Shown: positions 20,914 to 32,958, numbered from the stretch's first letter. The stretch: DNA of 64,000 bases from Candidatus Lachnocurva vaginae (GCA_011082265.1 CP049781.1:476333-540332), one strand, 5' to 3'. Notes: a model not told the origin generated them from the sequence alone. A program made the numbers and translations.

Positions 20914-22005
20914 TCAATATATCGACTTTAACTCTTGCCACAATTTGTTCATGTAAGACTGATCTTTATTGCTTAAGAAGTGAAAGAGTTCACAGTTTTT
21001 TAAGTCAGCTTCTTTAGGGGATATAGTGGGATCATTTTTATCCTCTTTACTTAAATTGTCTTTGACTGATTTAATGGGTGAACAGTATCTTACATAATCA
21101 AAATTCTTTTTCGCTATTTTATTATCACATAGGAAATTTAAAAAGTCTTGTGCCTGTATTTTATTCTTGCAGGTTTTCGGAATAAACCACGAGTCAATCC
21201 AGACATTAGAGCCTTCCTTAGGAATCACATAGTTTAGATTTTTGTTATATTCCATAGCATAGGCTGCTTCTCCTGAATATACGACAGCAAGATATGCATT
21301 TTCCGCAATCATTTCATCTCCCGTTTCATCGACCATGTACGCATAAACTAAAGGATATTGCTCTTTTAAACTTAAAAGAGCTTTTTTAAGTTCATTTTTG
21401 TTAGTCGTATTAATTGAGTAATTAAGACGGGAGAGAGCCGGGATAAATGTATCTCTTACAGAATTTTGCTGAATTATTTCATTTTTATATTTTTTATTCC
21501 AAAGCACATTCCAAGAAGATGCTTCATCTTTTGTAACAAATTTTTTATTATATAAAAGCCCAACAGTCCCGTAGAAATATGGAACTGTATATTCATTTTT
21601 CTTATCAAATGAAGTTGATAAAGCTAAAACATTTTGAGAAATATTCTTATAATTTTCTATTTTACTTTTATCAATTTTTTGAAGCTCTTTTTCTTTTAAA
21701 AGCTTTTCAATCATGTAGTCGGAAGTACAGATAAGGTCGTACTTAATAGAACCCGATTTATATTTTGTGTACATTTCTTCGGGAGATGCGTATTCTTCAT
21801 ATTTTATAGTAATGCCTGTTTCTTTTTCATAGTATTTTAAAATTTCAGGATTTATATATTTACCTGAATTTAAAATAGTAAGTGTATTTTCGCTTGATTT
21901 ATCAGCACTAGAAAACTTTTTTTCAGATGAGCATGAAGTTAAAAAAATGCAGAGGATAAATGTAAAACATAAAGCCGTAATTTTTAAATATTTCTTAAAA
22001 ATCAT
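20914..22005 (-). CDS. potD: ABC transporter substrate-binding lipoprotein, spermidine/putrescine (PotD)-like
   Basis: Lipobox LTSCSS, SBP fold, last gene of the potABCD-like operon. Confidence 0.7.
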   Translation of the reverse strand: MIFKKYLKITALCFTFILCIFLTSCSSEKKFSSADKSSENTLTILNSGKYINPEILKYYEKETGITIKYEEYASPEEMYTKYKSGSIKYDLICTSDYMIEKLLKEKELQKIDKSKIENYKNISQNVLALSTSFDKKNEYTVPYFYGTVGLLYNKKFVTKDEASSWNVLWNKKYKNEIIQQNSVRDTFIPALSRLNYSINTTNKNELKKALLSLKEQYPLVYAYMVDETGDEMIAENAYLAVVYSGEAAYAMEYNKNLNYVIPKEGSNVWIDSWFIPKTCKNKIQAQDFLNFLCDNKIAKKNFDYVRYCSPIKSVKDNLSKEDKNDPTISPKEADLKNCELFHFLSNKDQSYMNKLWQELKSIY

Positions 22006-22808
22006 TATGCTATACCTCCCATTACATTTGATAAATTTGAATTTTTCGCTCCTTTTTTGCTTTTTACATTAAGAAGTAAAAGAATGAATAACACAATGAA
22101 GAAAAGTATTGTAGAAAGTGCATAAAGCTCAGGCCTTATACCTTTTCTAAGCTGCGTATAAAGCATAGTGGAAAGTGTATTCATTCCTGCACCTTTTGTA
22201 AAATAAGTGATTGAAAAATCATCAAGCGACATTGTAACAGCCATTAAAAATCCTGAAAAAACGCCGGTTTTTATATAAGGCCAGGTAACTTTTCTAAAGG
22301 CGAGCCATTTTCCGGCTCCCAAATCCAAAGCTGCTTCGTATGTAGACATATTCATCTCATTTATCTTAGGGAGTACATTTAAAATAACATATGGAATATT
22401 AAATGTAATGTGTGCAAGAAGTACAGTTACAAATCCTAAATTTGTAAATTTAACGAATAAGAGCATCATTGAAAGTCCTGTAACGATGTCGGCATTTAAA
22501 AGCGGAATATTTGTAGCTCCTAAAAATATCGCACGATTTCTTTTTTTCATATAACTTATACCGATTGCTGCAAGAGTCCCTATTAAGGTTGAAAGGATTG
22601 CAGAGATAAATGTTATTTTTATAGTTGTAAAGAAAGCTGACATGATGGACGGATCACTGAAGCATCTACTGTACCATTTTAGCGTAAATCCTCCCCAAGC
22701 TACTTTTGACTGTGAATCGTTAAATGAAAGTACAATCAGTACAGCAATAGGAAAGTAGAGAAAGATAAAAATGAGTGCAAGATAAAATTTTTCAACACTT
22801 TTTTTCAT
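22005..22808 (-). CDS. potC: ABC transporter permease (PotC-like)
   Basis: 6-TM permease with an EAA-like loop (EAALDLGAGKW). Confidence 0.75.
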   Translation of the reverse strand: MKKSVEKFYLALIFIFLYFPIAVLIVLSFNDSQSKVAWGGFTLKWYSRCFSDPSIMSAFFTTIKITFISAILSTLIGTLAAIGISYMKKRNRAIFLGATNIPLLNADIVTGLSMMLLFVKFTNLGFVTVLLAHITFNIPYVILNVLPKINEMNMSTYEAALDLGAGKWLAFRKVTWPYIKTGVFSGFLMAVTMSLDDFSITYFTKGAGMNTLSTMLYTQLRKGIRPELYALSTILFFIVLFILLLLNVKSKKGAKNSNLSNVMGGIA

Positions 22809-23647
22809 GATTTTACTTCCTCCTTTTTATCAAAAATTACGGAAAGTGCCATAGTTATAAGGACAAAAATCATAAGAACCATAGACAAGGCACTTCCTAC
22901 GCCCCATTCATTTCCATTCATAAAATCCTGTTCAATAATATTTCCTATAAGAAGAATCTTTCCGCCTCCTAAAATATCAGAAATAGCAAATGTTGTAAGA
23001 GAAGGAACGAACACCATAGTGATACCGGTGACAATTCCACTCATAGTAAGAGGAACTATGACTTTAAAGAAAATAATTTTATTATTTGCTCCTAAATCCT
23101 TTGCTGCTTCTATTAAATCAGGCTTTATCTTTACCATAGAAGAATAAATTGGAAGTAGCATAAATGGAAGATAATCGTACACCATACCGATAACGACTGC
23201 ACTAGGAGTATTTATGATGTTAATTTTAGGAAAGCTTAAATTGGAAAGCATAAAATTAAAAATTCCATTTTTATTAAGCATCATTTTCCATGCCATGACT
23301 CGAAGTAAAAAGTTCATCCACATAGGGAGCATGAAAATAAAAACTATCGTGTGTTGGTGCTTTATATTCATATTTTTTAAAATAAGCGCCAAAGGATAGG
23401 CAAGAAGTAGACATATTAAAGTAGTAAAAAACGCTAAAAGTAGCGATAGAATGAAAGCAGCAATATGTACATGGGATGTAACATTAGATAAATTATTCCA
23501 AGTAAAGCTTCCATTCATATTTGTAAATGCATAGTAAAATACCATAAGCATGGGAAGGATGATAAATCCTATAATCCATACGAGGTAAGGCGTTGCATAA
23601 AGAGATTTACTTTTTAATCTATTCATCAATTTCCACCGCCTTTTCAT
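22805..23647 (-). CDS. potB: ABC transporter permease (PotB-like)
   Basis: 6-TM permease with an EAA loop ([10 protein letters not shown]). Confidence 0.75.
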   Translation of the reverse strand: MKRRWKLMNRLKSKSLYATPYLVWIIGFIILPMLMVFYYAFTNMNGSFTWNNLSNVTSHVHIAAFILSLLLAFFTTLICLLLAYPLALILKNMNIKHQHTIVFIFMLPMWMNFLLRVMAWKMMLNKNGIFNFMLSNLSFPKINIINTPSAVVIGMVYDYLPFMLLPIYSSMVKIKPDLIEAAKDLGANNKIIFFKVIVPLTMSGIVTGITMVFVPSLTTFAISDILGGGKILLIGNIIEQDFMNGNEWGVGSALSMVLMIFVLITMALSVIFDKKEEVKS

Positions 23648-24692
23648 CTGACGATTCAGGCTTATGCATAATCTGAATGTTGAATGGAATTACATTGATT
23701 CCAACGTGAGTGCCGATTTCCACATATTTTGTTGTGTGAACCAGCCACTCATACCCATTTGCCATTACATCGATTTCGTAGTGAACACCTTTAAATATGA
23801 TGGACGTTACGTCTCCTTCCATAAAGCCTTCAGATGGAGATACAAGTTCAACATCTTCAGGACGGATTACAACATCGACAGGTTTATTATTTCCGAAGCC
23901 TGTATCGACGCATGGAATTTTAACACCTAAGATTTCAACGAGTTTATCTTGAATCATAATGCCGTCTAAAATGTTACTAAAGCCGATAAAGTCTGCGACA
24001 AAAGCATTTTCCGGTTCATTATATATTTTCTCCGGAGTTCCTATCTGCTGGATATATCCCTGATTCATTACAACGACGGTATCCGACATCATAAGTGCTT
24101 CTTCCTGATCGTGAGTTACATAGATAAATGTAATTCCTAGTTCCTCTTTAAGTCTCATAAGCTCGTACTGCATGCTCTGTCTCATTTTTAAGTCAAGTGC
24201 TGCAAGAGGCTCATCCAAAAGAAGGACTTTAGGCTCATTTACGATAGCTCTTGCAATTGCGATTCTTTGCTGCTGACCGCCGCTAAGTGAATCTATAGTT
24301 CTATCTTCAATTCCCGGGAGATTTACAAGGTCAAGTGCATATTTTATTTTTTCCTGAATAAAACTTTGACTTTTCTTTTTTATTTTAAGTCCGAAAGCGA
24401 TATTTTCCGCAATAGTCATATGAGGAAAAAGCGAATATTTTTGAAAAACGGTATTTAATTTTCGCTCATTTGCAGGAATAGTCGTTATATCTTTTCCGTC
24501 GAATAAAAGACGCCCTGAATCCGGATTTTCAAATCCTCCTAAAATACGAAGAGTTGTAGTTTTACCGCATCCGGAAGGGCCTAAAAGAGTTAGAAATTCA
24601 TTTTCTCTTACGGATAAATTAAGTTCATCCAAAATTACATTGTTACCGTATTTTTTAGATATGTTATCAAAAACAATGAGATCTTTTTTCAT
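23619..24692 (-). CDS. potA: ABC transporter ATP-binding protein (PotA-like, with C-terminal TOBE domain)
   Basis: GPSGCGKTT Walker A, LSGGQQQR signature, a 357-aa length with a C-terminal extension. A 23-bp direct repeat (24698-24742) covers its RBS region. Confidence 0.8.
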   Translation of the reverse strand: MKKDLIVFDNISKKYGNNVILDELNLSVRENEFLTLLGPSGCGKTTTLRILGGFENPDSGRLLFDGKDITTIPANERKLNTVFQKYSLFPHMTIAENIAFGLKIKKKSQSFIQEKIKYALDLVNLPGIEDRTIDSLSGGQQQRIAIARAIVNEPKVLLLDEPLAALDLKMRQSMQYELMRLKEELGITFIYVTHDQEEALMMSDTVVVMNQGYIQQIGTPEKIYNEPENAFVADFIGFSNILDGIMIQDKLVEILGVKIPCVDTGFGNNKPVDVVIRPEDVELVSPSEGFMEGDVTSIIFKGVHYEIDVMANGYEWLVHTTKYVEIGTHVGINVIPFNIQIMHKPESSDEKAVEIDE

Positions 24693-24730
24693 AATTCAAA
24701 ACCTAACCTATAATAAATTAAAAACCTAAC

Positions 24731-25447
24731 CTATAAATTTTTTAAATTATTGACTTCTTCCTCAGTAAGTTTTTTATATTCTCCTATATTTAAATCTTCC
24801 GGAAGAAAAAGAGAGCCGAAACTTATTCTTTTAAGATATAAAACTTCATATCCTAAAGCTTTAAACATCTTTTTTATTTGATGAAATTTACCCTCGCAAA
24901 TTGTGATATTTACATAAGTGATTGTGCTTTCATCAGAAGCTTTACGTTTTAATATCGAAAGCTTTGATGGTAAAGCTTTTAAATTTTCATCATAATAAAA
25001 ACCTTCATTAAAGGTAAGTATATCAGAATCTTTCACATTTCCTAATATTTTAGCAAAATATGTTTTTTGAACGTGATTTTTCGGAGATAAAAGAAAATGA
25101 GATAATTCTCCGTCATTCGTGATAAGAAGTAAGCCTTCTGTATCTATATCAAGTCGACCTACGGGAAAAACATCTTTTCTATTTCCTTTTAAAAGGTCTG
25201 TTACAACTTTGTGATTTTTGTCGGAAGTTGCAGATACGTACCCTGAAGGTTTATTTACTATAAAATACTGGTAAGGTTCATAAGTGATTGCTTCGTTTTT
25301 ATATAGGATAGTTGAATTTTTAAAAATGGGAAACGAAGCGTCGGAAATTATCTTTCCGTCTACTTTTACATATCCTTTTTTTATATCTTTTTTAATTTCA
25401 TTTCGAGTGCCGACATTCATATCGGACAGAAGCTTATCTATTCTCAA
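24731..25447 (-). CDS. RsuA/RluB-family rRNA pseudouridine synthase
   Basis: N-terminal S4 domain and a GRLDIDTEGLLLITNDG motif. Confidence 0.8.
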   Translation of the reverse strand: MRIDKLLSDMNVGTRNEIKKDIKKGYVKVDGKIISDASFPIFKNSTILYKNEAITYEPYQYFIVNKPSGYVSATSDKNHKVVTDLLKGNRKDVFPVGRLDIDTEGLLLITNDGELSHFLLSPKNHVQKTYFAKILGNVKDSDILTFNEGFYYDENLKALPSKLSILKRKASDESTITYVNITICEGKFHQIKKMFKALGYEVLYLKRISFGSLFLPEDLNIGEYKKLTEEEVNNLKNL

Positions 25448-25724
25448 TTCATATTCCCCTATAAAAACTAAAATAAAAAAGCAATCTATATTATATACTA
25501 AATTTACATTTATAACTAATATTAATTATAAAAATCAAGTTATTTTAATATAAAAAAATTTATAATACAACTAAAATTAAAAAAATAAATTTAGAAATAT
25601 AAATAAAGGTAATATTGAATACATTGAATCATTTTGTTAGGATAAAAACGTATAAATAGTAAACAGTATATAGATATTAAATATAGCGTTAAACAGAGTA
25701 TTATATGTTAACCGGAGATAAAAA

Positions 25725-27254
25725 ATGAATTTTTATGCACTTTCTTACTACAAAAATGAACTTAAAAAAGAAAAATTACTTATAGAAGAAAAAAAATATT
25801 GTAATAACAAATTATATGAAGAAAAAAAAGATACAATAATTGAATATATTACTTATGATTCTAAGAAAGTAAAGAAGAACACGCTTTTTATATGTAAAGG
25901 AGCAGCTTTTAAGAAAGAATATCTTCTTTCTGCAAAGGAAAAAGGAGCAGCATGCTATGTGAGCGAAAAGGATTACGATATAGACCTTCCGTGCCTTTTA
26001 GTAAAGGATATAAGAAAAGCTATGCCTTATCTTGCATCGGAATTTTTTAATTATCCGCAAAAAGAGATTACTATTACAGGAATTACGGGAACTAAGGGAA
26101 AAAGCACGACAGCATGCTATATAAAAGCTATTTTGGATCTTTATTTAAAAGAAAAGGAAAATAAGGATACAGCACTTATTTCATCAATAAATACGTATGA
26201 TGGAAAGGCAGATTTTGAATCACATATTACGACTCCGGAGTCAGTTGAACTTATAGAGCATATAAGAAATGCAGTAGATAAAGGACTTCCTTACCTTACG
26301 ATGGAAGCATCTTCACAGGCGTTAAAATATGACAGAGTTGATTTGGTCGAGTTTACTGTAGGACTTTTTTTAAATATTTCGGAAGATCATATAAGCCCTA
26401 TTGAGCATCCGACATTTGAAGATTATTTTCATTCAAAGCTTAAAATATTTGAAAGGACTAAAAATGCTGTTATAAATCATGATGCAGATTATTTTGATGA
26501 AATAAAAGAAGCTGCACAAAAATCAGATAAAGTAGAAAATATTGTAGTTTTCGGAACCGATAAATCCTGCGATTTATATTGTCATGATATAAAAAAGATA
26601 GGCGGAGCTATAGAGTTTTATGTAAAGACGAAGGATTTTGATGAGAAATTCGATATCACAATGCCGGGACTTTTTAATGTGGAAAATGCACTTGCAGCTA
26701 TAGCTACTTCACTTATATATAAGATTCCTTTAGATTATATAAAAAGAGGACTTCACATTGCAAGATCTAAGGGGAGAATGGAACTTTTTTCTACAAAAGA
26801 TAAGAAGCTTTTTGTACTTGTAGATTATGCACATAATAAATTATCATTTGAAAAGCTTTTTGGCTCAGTAAAAGAGGAATATAAAGATAGAGAGATAATA
26901 TCCATCTTCGGCTGTCCGGGAAAGAAAGCATATAAGAGAAGAACGGAATTAGGGGAGATAGCAAGTATATATTCAAAGAAAATATATATTGTGGCGGAAG
27001 ATCCGGGAGAAGAGAAGTACGCTGATATTGCATCGGAAATGGAAAAACATATAACATGTGATTATGAGAAAATTGAGGATAGAAAAGAAGCTATAAGAAA
27101 AGCAATTTTTTCCATAAGAAATAAAACAATAATTCTTGTTACAGGAAAAGGAGATGAAACAAGGCAGAAGTATGGAAGAAAATATCTTCCTTATCCTTCC
27201 GACAGTTCTATTGTTAAAGAAGCAATTAAGGAATATGATGAGTTATATTGTTAA
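25725..27254 (+). CDS. Mur ligase family protein (UDP-MurNAc-tripeptide synthetase MurE-like)
   Basis: GITGTKGKSTT P-loop, DYAHN motif, a 509-aa length. Confidence 0.6.
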   Translation: MNFYALSYYKNELKKEKLLIEEKKYCNNKLYEEKKDTIIEYITYDSKKVKKNTLFICKGAAFKKEYLLSAKEKGAACYVSEKDYDIDLPCLLVKDIRKAMPYLASEFFNYPQKEITITGITGTKGKSTTACYIKAILDLYLKEKENKDTALISSINTYDGKADFESHITTPESVELIEHIRNAVDKGLPYLTMEASSQALKYDRVDLVEFTVGLFLNISEDHISPIEHPTFEDYFHSKLKIFERTKNAVINHDADYFDEIKEAAQKSDKVENIVVFGTDKSCDLYCHDIKKIGGAIEFYVKTKDFDEKFDITMPGLFNVENALAAIATSLIYKIPLDYIKRGLHIARSKGRMELFSTKDKKLFVLVDYAHNKLSFEKLFGSVKEEYKDREIISIFGCPGKKAYKRRTELGEIASIYSKKIYIVAEDPGEEKYADIASEMEKHITCDYEKIEDRKEAIRKAIFSIRNKTIILVTGKGDETRQKYGRKYLPYPSDSSIVKEAIKEYDELYC

Positions 27255-27325
27255 AAATTTATTTGTAGCATAGTTATACGCTTATTAGAGACGGAATGCA
27301 TATCTTTTATGAAGAGGGGGTTTAT

Positions 27326-29803
27326 ATGAAAAAAGTTATGGATGAACATCAAATCAATGAGCAAAAAAATTCACAAAAGAACAAAAAAATTCTTATTATT
27401 TTAGGTGTAATACTTGCCGCTGCATTAGTTATCGGAGGAGTAGGATTCTTCTCACAAAATGGCTTTATGCCGAAAAATGGACCTAAGTATGCTCACATAG
27501 ATAAGAGCTATCTATTTGCAGATCAAAGTCAGGACTACATGACACCACTTGAACCTACCAGTAATGAAAATATAACTGTAAGATTTAGATCAAAAGCAGG
27601 GGAGCTTACAGGAGCAAATTTACATTATATGGAGAAAAAAAGTGACAGTCAAAAAATCTCATCGATGAAAAGAGCAAAAAAATCATTTTATAAAGACAAT
27701 GGATATGACCCTTCAAAGGTTGAGTTTTGGGAAGGAACAATTCCGGCAGGGAAAAAAGTTATCTATTACTATTTTGAAGCGATAAGTAATAAACAAGGAA
27801 AGACTAAAAAAGCATGGATAAGTGCTGGAGCTGGAGATGATGGACGAGGAATATATGACTTGGAGCCTTCAGAAAGCGGTTTTTCCGTTGCCCCTAATTA
27901 TAAAACTTCAAAATGGAGCAGAGAGAGCATACTCTATCAAATTATGGTTGAAAGATTTAGAGATGGGGATTCTTTAAATAATAAAGATCCAAAGGATTTT
28001 TCAAAAGCAGGAGAAAAACCGGAAGTAACCAAGTGGGGAGGAAAGATTACAAATGGAGCGGAAACCGACCTTATTTGGAATAATCAATTCTTCGGAGGAG
28101 ATTTGGTAGGAGTTAAAGAGGGAATACCATATTTAAAGAAGGTGCTTGGAGTTAATGCACTATATTTCTTACCGATATTTCAGTCCGATAGCGACCATAA
28201 ATATGACAATGATACTTATGATTATGTAGATAAAAATTTCGGAGGAAATAAAACTCTTGCAGACCTTGGAAAGAAACTAAAAAAAGAAAATATAAAGTAC
28301 ATTTTGGACGGAGTATTTAACCATACATCCGCTACCGGAAGCTTATACACTAAAAATAAGGGAAAACTTTATTTTCAGAGGAAGATTAAAAAAGGAGAAG
28401 AGGGACACGAATATTATCCATGGCATGGATATTTCAGTTTTGCAAAACTTGACTATAGTAAAGAAGCTACAAAAAACTATATTTACAAAGGAAAAGATTC
28501 TGTTGCAAAAAAATATTTAAAAGCCCCTTACTATGCAAATGGATGGAGACTTGATGCGGCTGATGACGTAAATACAGAACCGGGAGATTTATATAGTGAA
28601 AAAGGTGCTAAAAATACTCAGCGTCATATAAAAAATAATTTAAAGGTCTGGAAGGATTTTCATGATAATGTAAGGAAAGTAAATAAGGATTGCTTTATTT
28701 TAGGAGAAGTATGGAGCGATGGTAATCAATGGTATTATGGAGATGCTTGGGACGGAAGAATGAATTATTCAGGATTTTATCTTCCTTTTATAGAAGGAAA
28801 ATATAACATGGATGAAATAATTTCGTTTACAAGAGATAATATTCAAATGATTCCTTATAATACTGCATTAAGCTGCACAAATTCTTTATCAACTCATGAT
28901 AAACCAAGAATTTTGAATCAGCCATATTGTGGAAAGGATAATTCAAAAGTGATGAAGCTCGCACAGACGCTTCAGCTTACTTATGTCGGCATACCTATGA
29001 TTTATTACGGTGATGAAATAGGATTAATAGGAGATCATGATGGAAATGATCCATATGATAGACAGACATTTAACTGGAATTCTTCAGAATGGAATTATGA
29101 TATTTTAAATAATTATAGATATCTTATTTCAGCTAGAAAAAATAATAAAGATGCATTTGTTTATGGTGCTCTTGAAGAAATCATGAGAAATAAAGACGAA
29201 CATTTAATCGTTTATGCAAGATATGGCAAAAAAGATAAAGCGATAGTTATGATTAATGACGGTGAAGATGAAGCAAAAAAAGAAATTTCTCTTAAAAATC
29301 TTGACAGATACGGATTTAAAAAAGGAGATGTCTTAATAGATGTACTTTCAGGAAATGAAATTAAATTAAATGGAACGTCAATTAAAATTCCGACTTCAGG
29401 AAAGAGTGCATCTTGTTATGTATTAAAGGATAAATTTACAAAAGTAAAGAAATTAGATAAGAAATTTGACGTAAAAAAAGTACTTTACAATTATAAAGAT
29501 ACAAGAACAAAGCTTTCAAAGGTTAAGGATGCAAAGCTAAAGAAAGACGGCTCTAAAGTGGAGCTTACATATTCCTTAAAAAAGGAAAAAGGTCAGAAAG
29601 AAGTACTTGTACGTGTGCTTAATAAGTCTGAAGAAAAGCTTTTAAAGGATATAAAAGTAAAACCTGATGAAGGAAATGTAAAATTAGGAAGTATTCCAAG
29701 TGATGCAAAAGTATATGTAAAAGTACTTTCAGACAGAGATAAGAAAGTAAAAGGTATTAAAGATGTTTATATGGACAGCGAATATGTGAAAGCTGATTTT
29801 TAA
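27326..29803 (+). CDS. GH13 alpha-amylase-family glycoside hydrolase (neopullulanase/cyclomaltodextrinase-like) with an N-terminal TM anchor and a C-terminal Lys-rich repeat region
   Basis: GH13 regions ILDGVFNHTS, GWRLDAADDV, FILGEVWS, LSTHDKPR. The start was set at ATG 27326 after a GAAGAGGGGG RBS; the track begins at 27296. Confidence 0.8.
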   Translation: MKKVMDEHQINEQKNSQKNKKILIILGVILAAALVIGGVGFFSQNGFMPKNGPKYAHIDKSYLFADQSQDYMTPLEPTSNENITVRFRSKAGELTGANLHYMEKKSDSQKISSMKRAKKSFYKDNGYDPSKVEFWEGTIPAGKKVIYYYFEAISNKQGKTKKAWISAGAGDDGRGIYDLEPSESGFSVAPNYKTSKWSRESILYQIMVERFRDGDSLNNKDPKDFSKAGEKPEVTKWGGKITNGAETDLIWNNQFFGGDLVGVKEGIPYLKKVLGVNALYFLPIFQSDSDHKYDNDTYDYVDKNFGGNKTLADLGKKLKKENIKYILDGVFNHTSATGSLYTKNKGKLYFQRKIKKGEEGHEYYPWHGYFSFAKLDYSKEATKNYIYKGKDSVAKKYLKAPYYANGWRLDAADDVNTEPGDLYSEKGAKNTQRHIKNNLKVWKDFHDNVRKVNKDCFILGEVWSDGNQWYYGDAWDGRMNYSGFYLPFIEGKYNMDEIISFTRDNIQMIPYNTALSCTNSLSTHDKPRILNQPYCGKDNSKVMKLAQTLQLTYVGIPMIYYGDEIGLIGDHDGNDPYDRQTFNWNSSEWNYDILNNYRYLISARKNNKDAFVYGALEEIMRNKDEHLIVYARYGKKDKAIVMINDGEDEAKKEISLKNLDRYGFKKGDVLIDVLSGNEIKLNGTSIKIPTSGKSASCYVLKDKFTKVKKLDKKFDVKKVLYNYKDTRTKLSKVKDAKLKKDGSKVELTYSLKKEKGQKEVLVRVLNKSEEKLLKDIKVKPDEGNVKLGSIPSDAKVYVKVLSDRDKKVKGIKDVYMDSEYVKADF

Positions 29804-29912
29804 TAAAATATAAAAAATCGTTTTTTTTGTAGACTTATTATAATAATAGTTTATAATCAGAGGTTGTTGGCTAAATTTACTAAATTTTTTACAGAGGATT
29901 ATTTTATTTATT

Positions 29913-32900
29913 ATGTCTTGTTTTATAGTTGAAGATAAGCTTCCACCTATGGAAGTTAGAGGAAATGACCGATACATATATACCGAATATGATGCAATTA
30001 CTGACAGCATTATATTTAAAATTAAAGCCGACAAAGCTTTATATGGGTATGTAATGTGTAACACCAATGATTGGAAGCAGAATGCAAAGTATAAATTTGA
30101 AAGGAGCTTCGACGACGTTGATCAAAATAGATTGATGTCGATTTATGTGCCGTACAAAAAGCTTATTTCCAAGGATCAGCGTTATGAGTATAAAGTTGTC
30201 CTTACTTATGACGGAAATCATTTTCAATGGATGAGTGATGATGGAACTGATGGTGTCAATTCGAGATTCCCACAGAGTCATCCGAAGCCATATAAGGCTT
30301 CAAAAATACATGCATTTACATCCTATGATGAAGCAAATGATACAGTAACATTTAAGGTAAAATCCGATGAATATGACTACGGATATGTTATGTGCCGTGC
30401 AAATCAATGGAATTATAATAATTTACCTGCTATAAGAGATTATAAGCTTGTAAAAGATGAAGAAGGCTTTCTAACAGTTACGCTTTCTTATGATAAAAAA
30501 CTTTATCCGAGAGACGGAGAAATTATATTCGGGCTTTTAGCGTGGCAGGGAGTTTTTCAATATAAGCTCTATCTTCATAGCACGGTTGACGATAATTTTC
30601 ACTGGATGGATGCTGACGGAAGAAATGTTTGGGGAATCAATTCAAGATTTGAAACAAAATCCAATTTCTCTACGGACCCTTGGGTTATAAGTGCTGTTGT
30701 CGATAATGAAAAATGTATCAAGGTATTTTTGAAAAATTGCTATACGAATAGAACGGGTGAAAAACCGAAGTTTGAAGTTTCTATCGGAGGAGTAGAATAT
30801 AAGGCTGTAAAGCAAACTGCAAGGGACGATGGAAGTCATATACTTATAAGGATTCCTTTAAGTGAAGTTTTTAAAAATGAGCCTTTTGATACGAGAAAAC
30901 CGCTCTACGTAAGAAGAAAAGGTGCTTCTACATATACAAAAGTATATCTTAGAGATATTCTTGATAAATATGAATATAAAGGAGACGATTTAGGAGTTAA
31001 ATTCAGAGAAGATGGGATTTCCATTAAGGTATGGTCTCCTGTAGCATCAAGAGCAGAGGTTATAATTTATGAAGACTATGACAGTTTCTTAAAAAGTAAA
31101 TTAAATGGTCAGGCAGTGGAGATGGATTATGATGAAAATACAGGAATCTACTCTGCTTTAATTGATAAGGAAAATAGAGATAGATATTACATTTTCAGAT
31201 TCCATTTTGGTGACAGTGTAGTTCGTTATGCTGTGGATCCATATGCTAATTCCGTCGGGATGAATGGAATAGTTGGAGCACTTACGGATATAGATATGGA
31301 AGATACAAAGCCTTTAGGGTATGAGTACGATAAGAGACCTATATTTAAAAATCCTGAAGATGCTATAATTTATGAAATGCATGTACGAGATTTTACAATA
31401 GATAGAACTTGGGGTGGAAGACCTGAGCTTGCAGGAAAGTATCTTGGTGTAGTAGAAGAGGAAACCAAAGTTAATTATAAAGGGAAAGAGTATGCAACAG
31501 GATTTGACCACTTAAAGGACTTAGGTATAACTCATGTACACTTTCTTCCAACTTATGATTTTTCTTCAACAGATGAATCAAGAGCTCGTGACAAGGATGT
31601 AAGAAACTGGGGATATGATCCCGAGAATTATAATGTTCCGGAAGGAAGCTATTCTATGAATCCTAAAAATCCGAAATCCAGGATTATAGAATATAGAAAG
31701 ATGGTTATGAAGCTTCATAAAGCTGGAATAAGAGTAATAAATGATGTTGTTTACAATCATATGGCAAGTACGGAAAATATGGATTGCATAGTACCCGGAT
31801 ATTATTTCAGAAGTAAAAGGGATGGCTCTTACTCTGACGATTCTGCTTGCGGAAATGCAGTTGAAAGTAGACGTCCGATGATAAGAAAATTTATCATTGA
31901 CTCATTAAAGCATTGGATAAAAGATTATAGAACTGACGGTTTCAGATTTGACCTTATGGCAATTCTTGATACAACTACAATGAATCTAATAAAAAAGGAA
32001 TTAAAGAATTTAGACCCTTCTCTATTAATTTATGGAGAACCTTGGATGGCGGCCCCTTCGCCTCTTTCAGACGGTAAACAAACTAATAAGGATAAGGGAA
32101 TCGCATATTTTAATGACGTATTTAGAGATGCAGTAAGAGGAGATAATCATCCGGAAAAATCAAAAGGTTTTGTGACGGGAGATTTTATCAAAAATCCGAT
32201 TGTGTGTAATGGAATTAATGCGAGTGGAAAAGAGCCGAAGTATATGATAAATTATGCCGAAGCTCATGACGATTATACTATATGGGATCAGATAGAAAAG
32301 AATCAGAATCCGGATATAGATCCGTCTCAGTATAGGCAAAATATTCCTGAGGATGTTTTATCCGATATAAGAGTAAGGAAAGCATTACTTGCAAACGCAA
32401 TTATGATTTTATCTCAGGGTATTCCTTTCTTTCAGGGTGGTAGTGAGATATTAAGAACGAAGCATGGAGATAGTAACAGCTTTAGAAGTTCAGATTGGGT
32501 AAATAAGTTCGATTGGATAGGTAAGGGACAGTTTTTACCGGTATTTAATTATTACAAAGGACTTATAGCGTTAAGGAAGGCTCATCCTGCTTTCAGACTT
32601 ACAAGTGTGTTACAGGTTAAAAAATATCAATATGTAAAAAGGCTTCAGGATAAAGATAATATCATATATCAGTATCTTAAACATAATGCCGGAGGAGATG
32701 ATTTTAAAGACATATTTATATTGTATAATGCTTCTGATAAAAGAGAACATATAAATTGTCTTCCAAAGAATGGTGATTGGAAGGTTATAGCAAATCATGA
32801 AAGAGTTGACCTTAAAAAACCGATAGAGATTATTTCTCCTATAAAAGATATGGGAACCGGAAGATACGATTTCTATATAGAGCCTTATAGTCTTATGATT

Positions 32901-32918
32901 ATGTATAATAATGATTAA
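29913..32918 (+). CDS. pulA: type I pullulanase (GH13_14) with N-terminal repeated beta-sandwich domains
   Basis: YNWGYDP-like NWGYDPENYNVPEGSY, GFRFDLM, YGEPW, YAEAHDD. Confidence 0.85.
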   Translation: MSCFIVEDKLPPMEVRGNDRYIYTEYDAITDSIIFKIKADKALYGYVMCNTNDWKQNAKYKFERSFDDVDQNRLMSIYVPYKKLISKDQRYEYKVVLTYDGNHFQWMSDDGTDGVNSRFPQSHPKPYKASKIHAFTSYDEANDTVTFKVKSDEYDYGYVMCRANQWNYNNLPAIRDYKLVKDEEGFLTVTLSYDKKLYPRDGEIIFGLLAWQGVFQYKLYLHSTVDDNFHWMDADGRNVWGINSRFETKSNFSTDPWVISAVVDNEKCIKVFLKNCYTNRTGEKPKFEVSIGGVEYKAVKQTARDDGSHILIRIPLSEVFKNEPFDTRKPLYVRRKGASTYTKVYLRDILDKYEYKGDDLGVKFREDGISIKVWSPVASRAEVIIYEDYDSFLKSKLNGQAVEMDYDENTGIYSALIDKENRDRYYIFRFHFGDSVVRYAVDPYANSVGMNGIVGALTDIDMEDTKPLGYEYDKRPIFKNPEDAIIYEMHVRDFTIDRTWGGRPELAGKYLGVVEEETKVNYKGKEYATGFDHLKDLGITHVHFLPTYDFSSTDESRARDKDVRNWGYDPENYNVPEGSYSMNPKNPKSRIIEYRKMVMKLHKAGIRVINDVVYNHMASTENMDCIVPGYYFRSKRDGSYSDDSACGNAVESRRPMIRKFIIDSLKHWIKDYRTDGFRFDLMAILDTTTMNLIKKELKNLDPSLLIYGEPWMAAPSPLSDGKQTNKDKGIAYFNDVFRDAVRGDNHPEKSKGFVTGDFIKNPIVCNGINASGKEPKYMINYAEAHDDYTIWDQIEKNQNPDIDPSQYRQNIPEDVLSDIRVRKALLANAIMILSQGIPFFQGGSEILRTKHGDSNSFRSSDWVNKFDWIGKGQFLPVFNYYKGLIALRKAHPAFRLTSVLQVKKYQYVKRLQDKDNIIYQYLKHNAGGDDFKDIFILYNASDKREHINCLPKNGDWKVIANHERVDLKKPIEIISPIKDMGTGRYDFYIEPYSLMIMYNND

Positions 32919-32928
32919 TAGTAAAAGT

Positions 32929-32958
32929 AAAGCCGTGCGGTTATAGCCGCATGGCTTT
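32929..32958. terminator. hairpin aaagccgtgcgg-ttatag-ccgcatggcttt after the pullulanase gene; copy 1 of a duplicated hairpin
   Basis: 12-bp stem; 34 of 35 nt identical to the hairpin at 33512-33547. Confidence 0.7.
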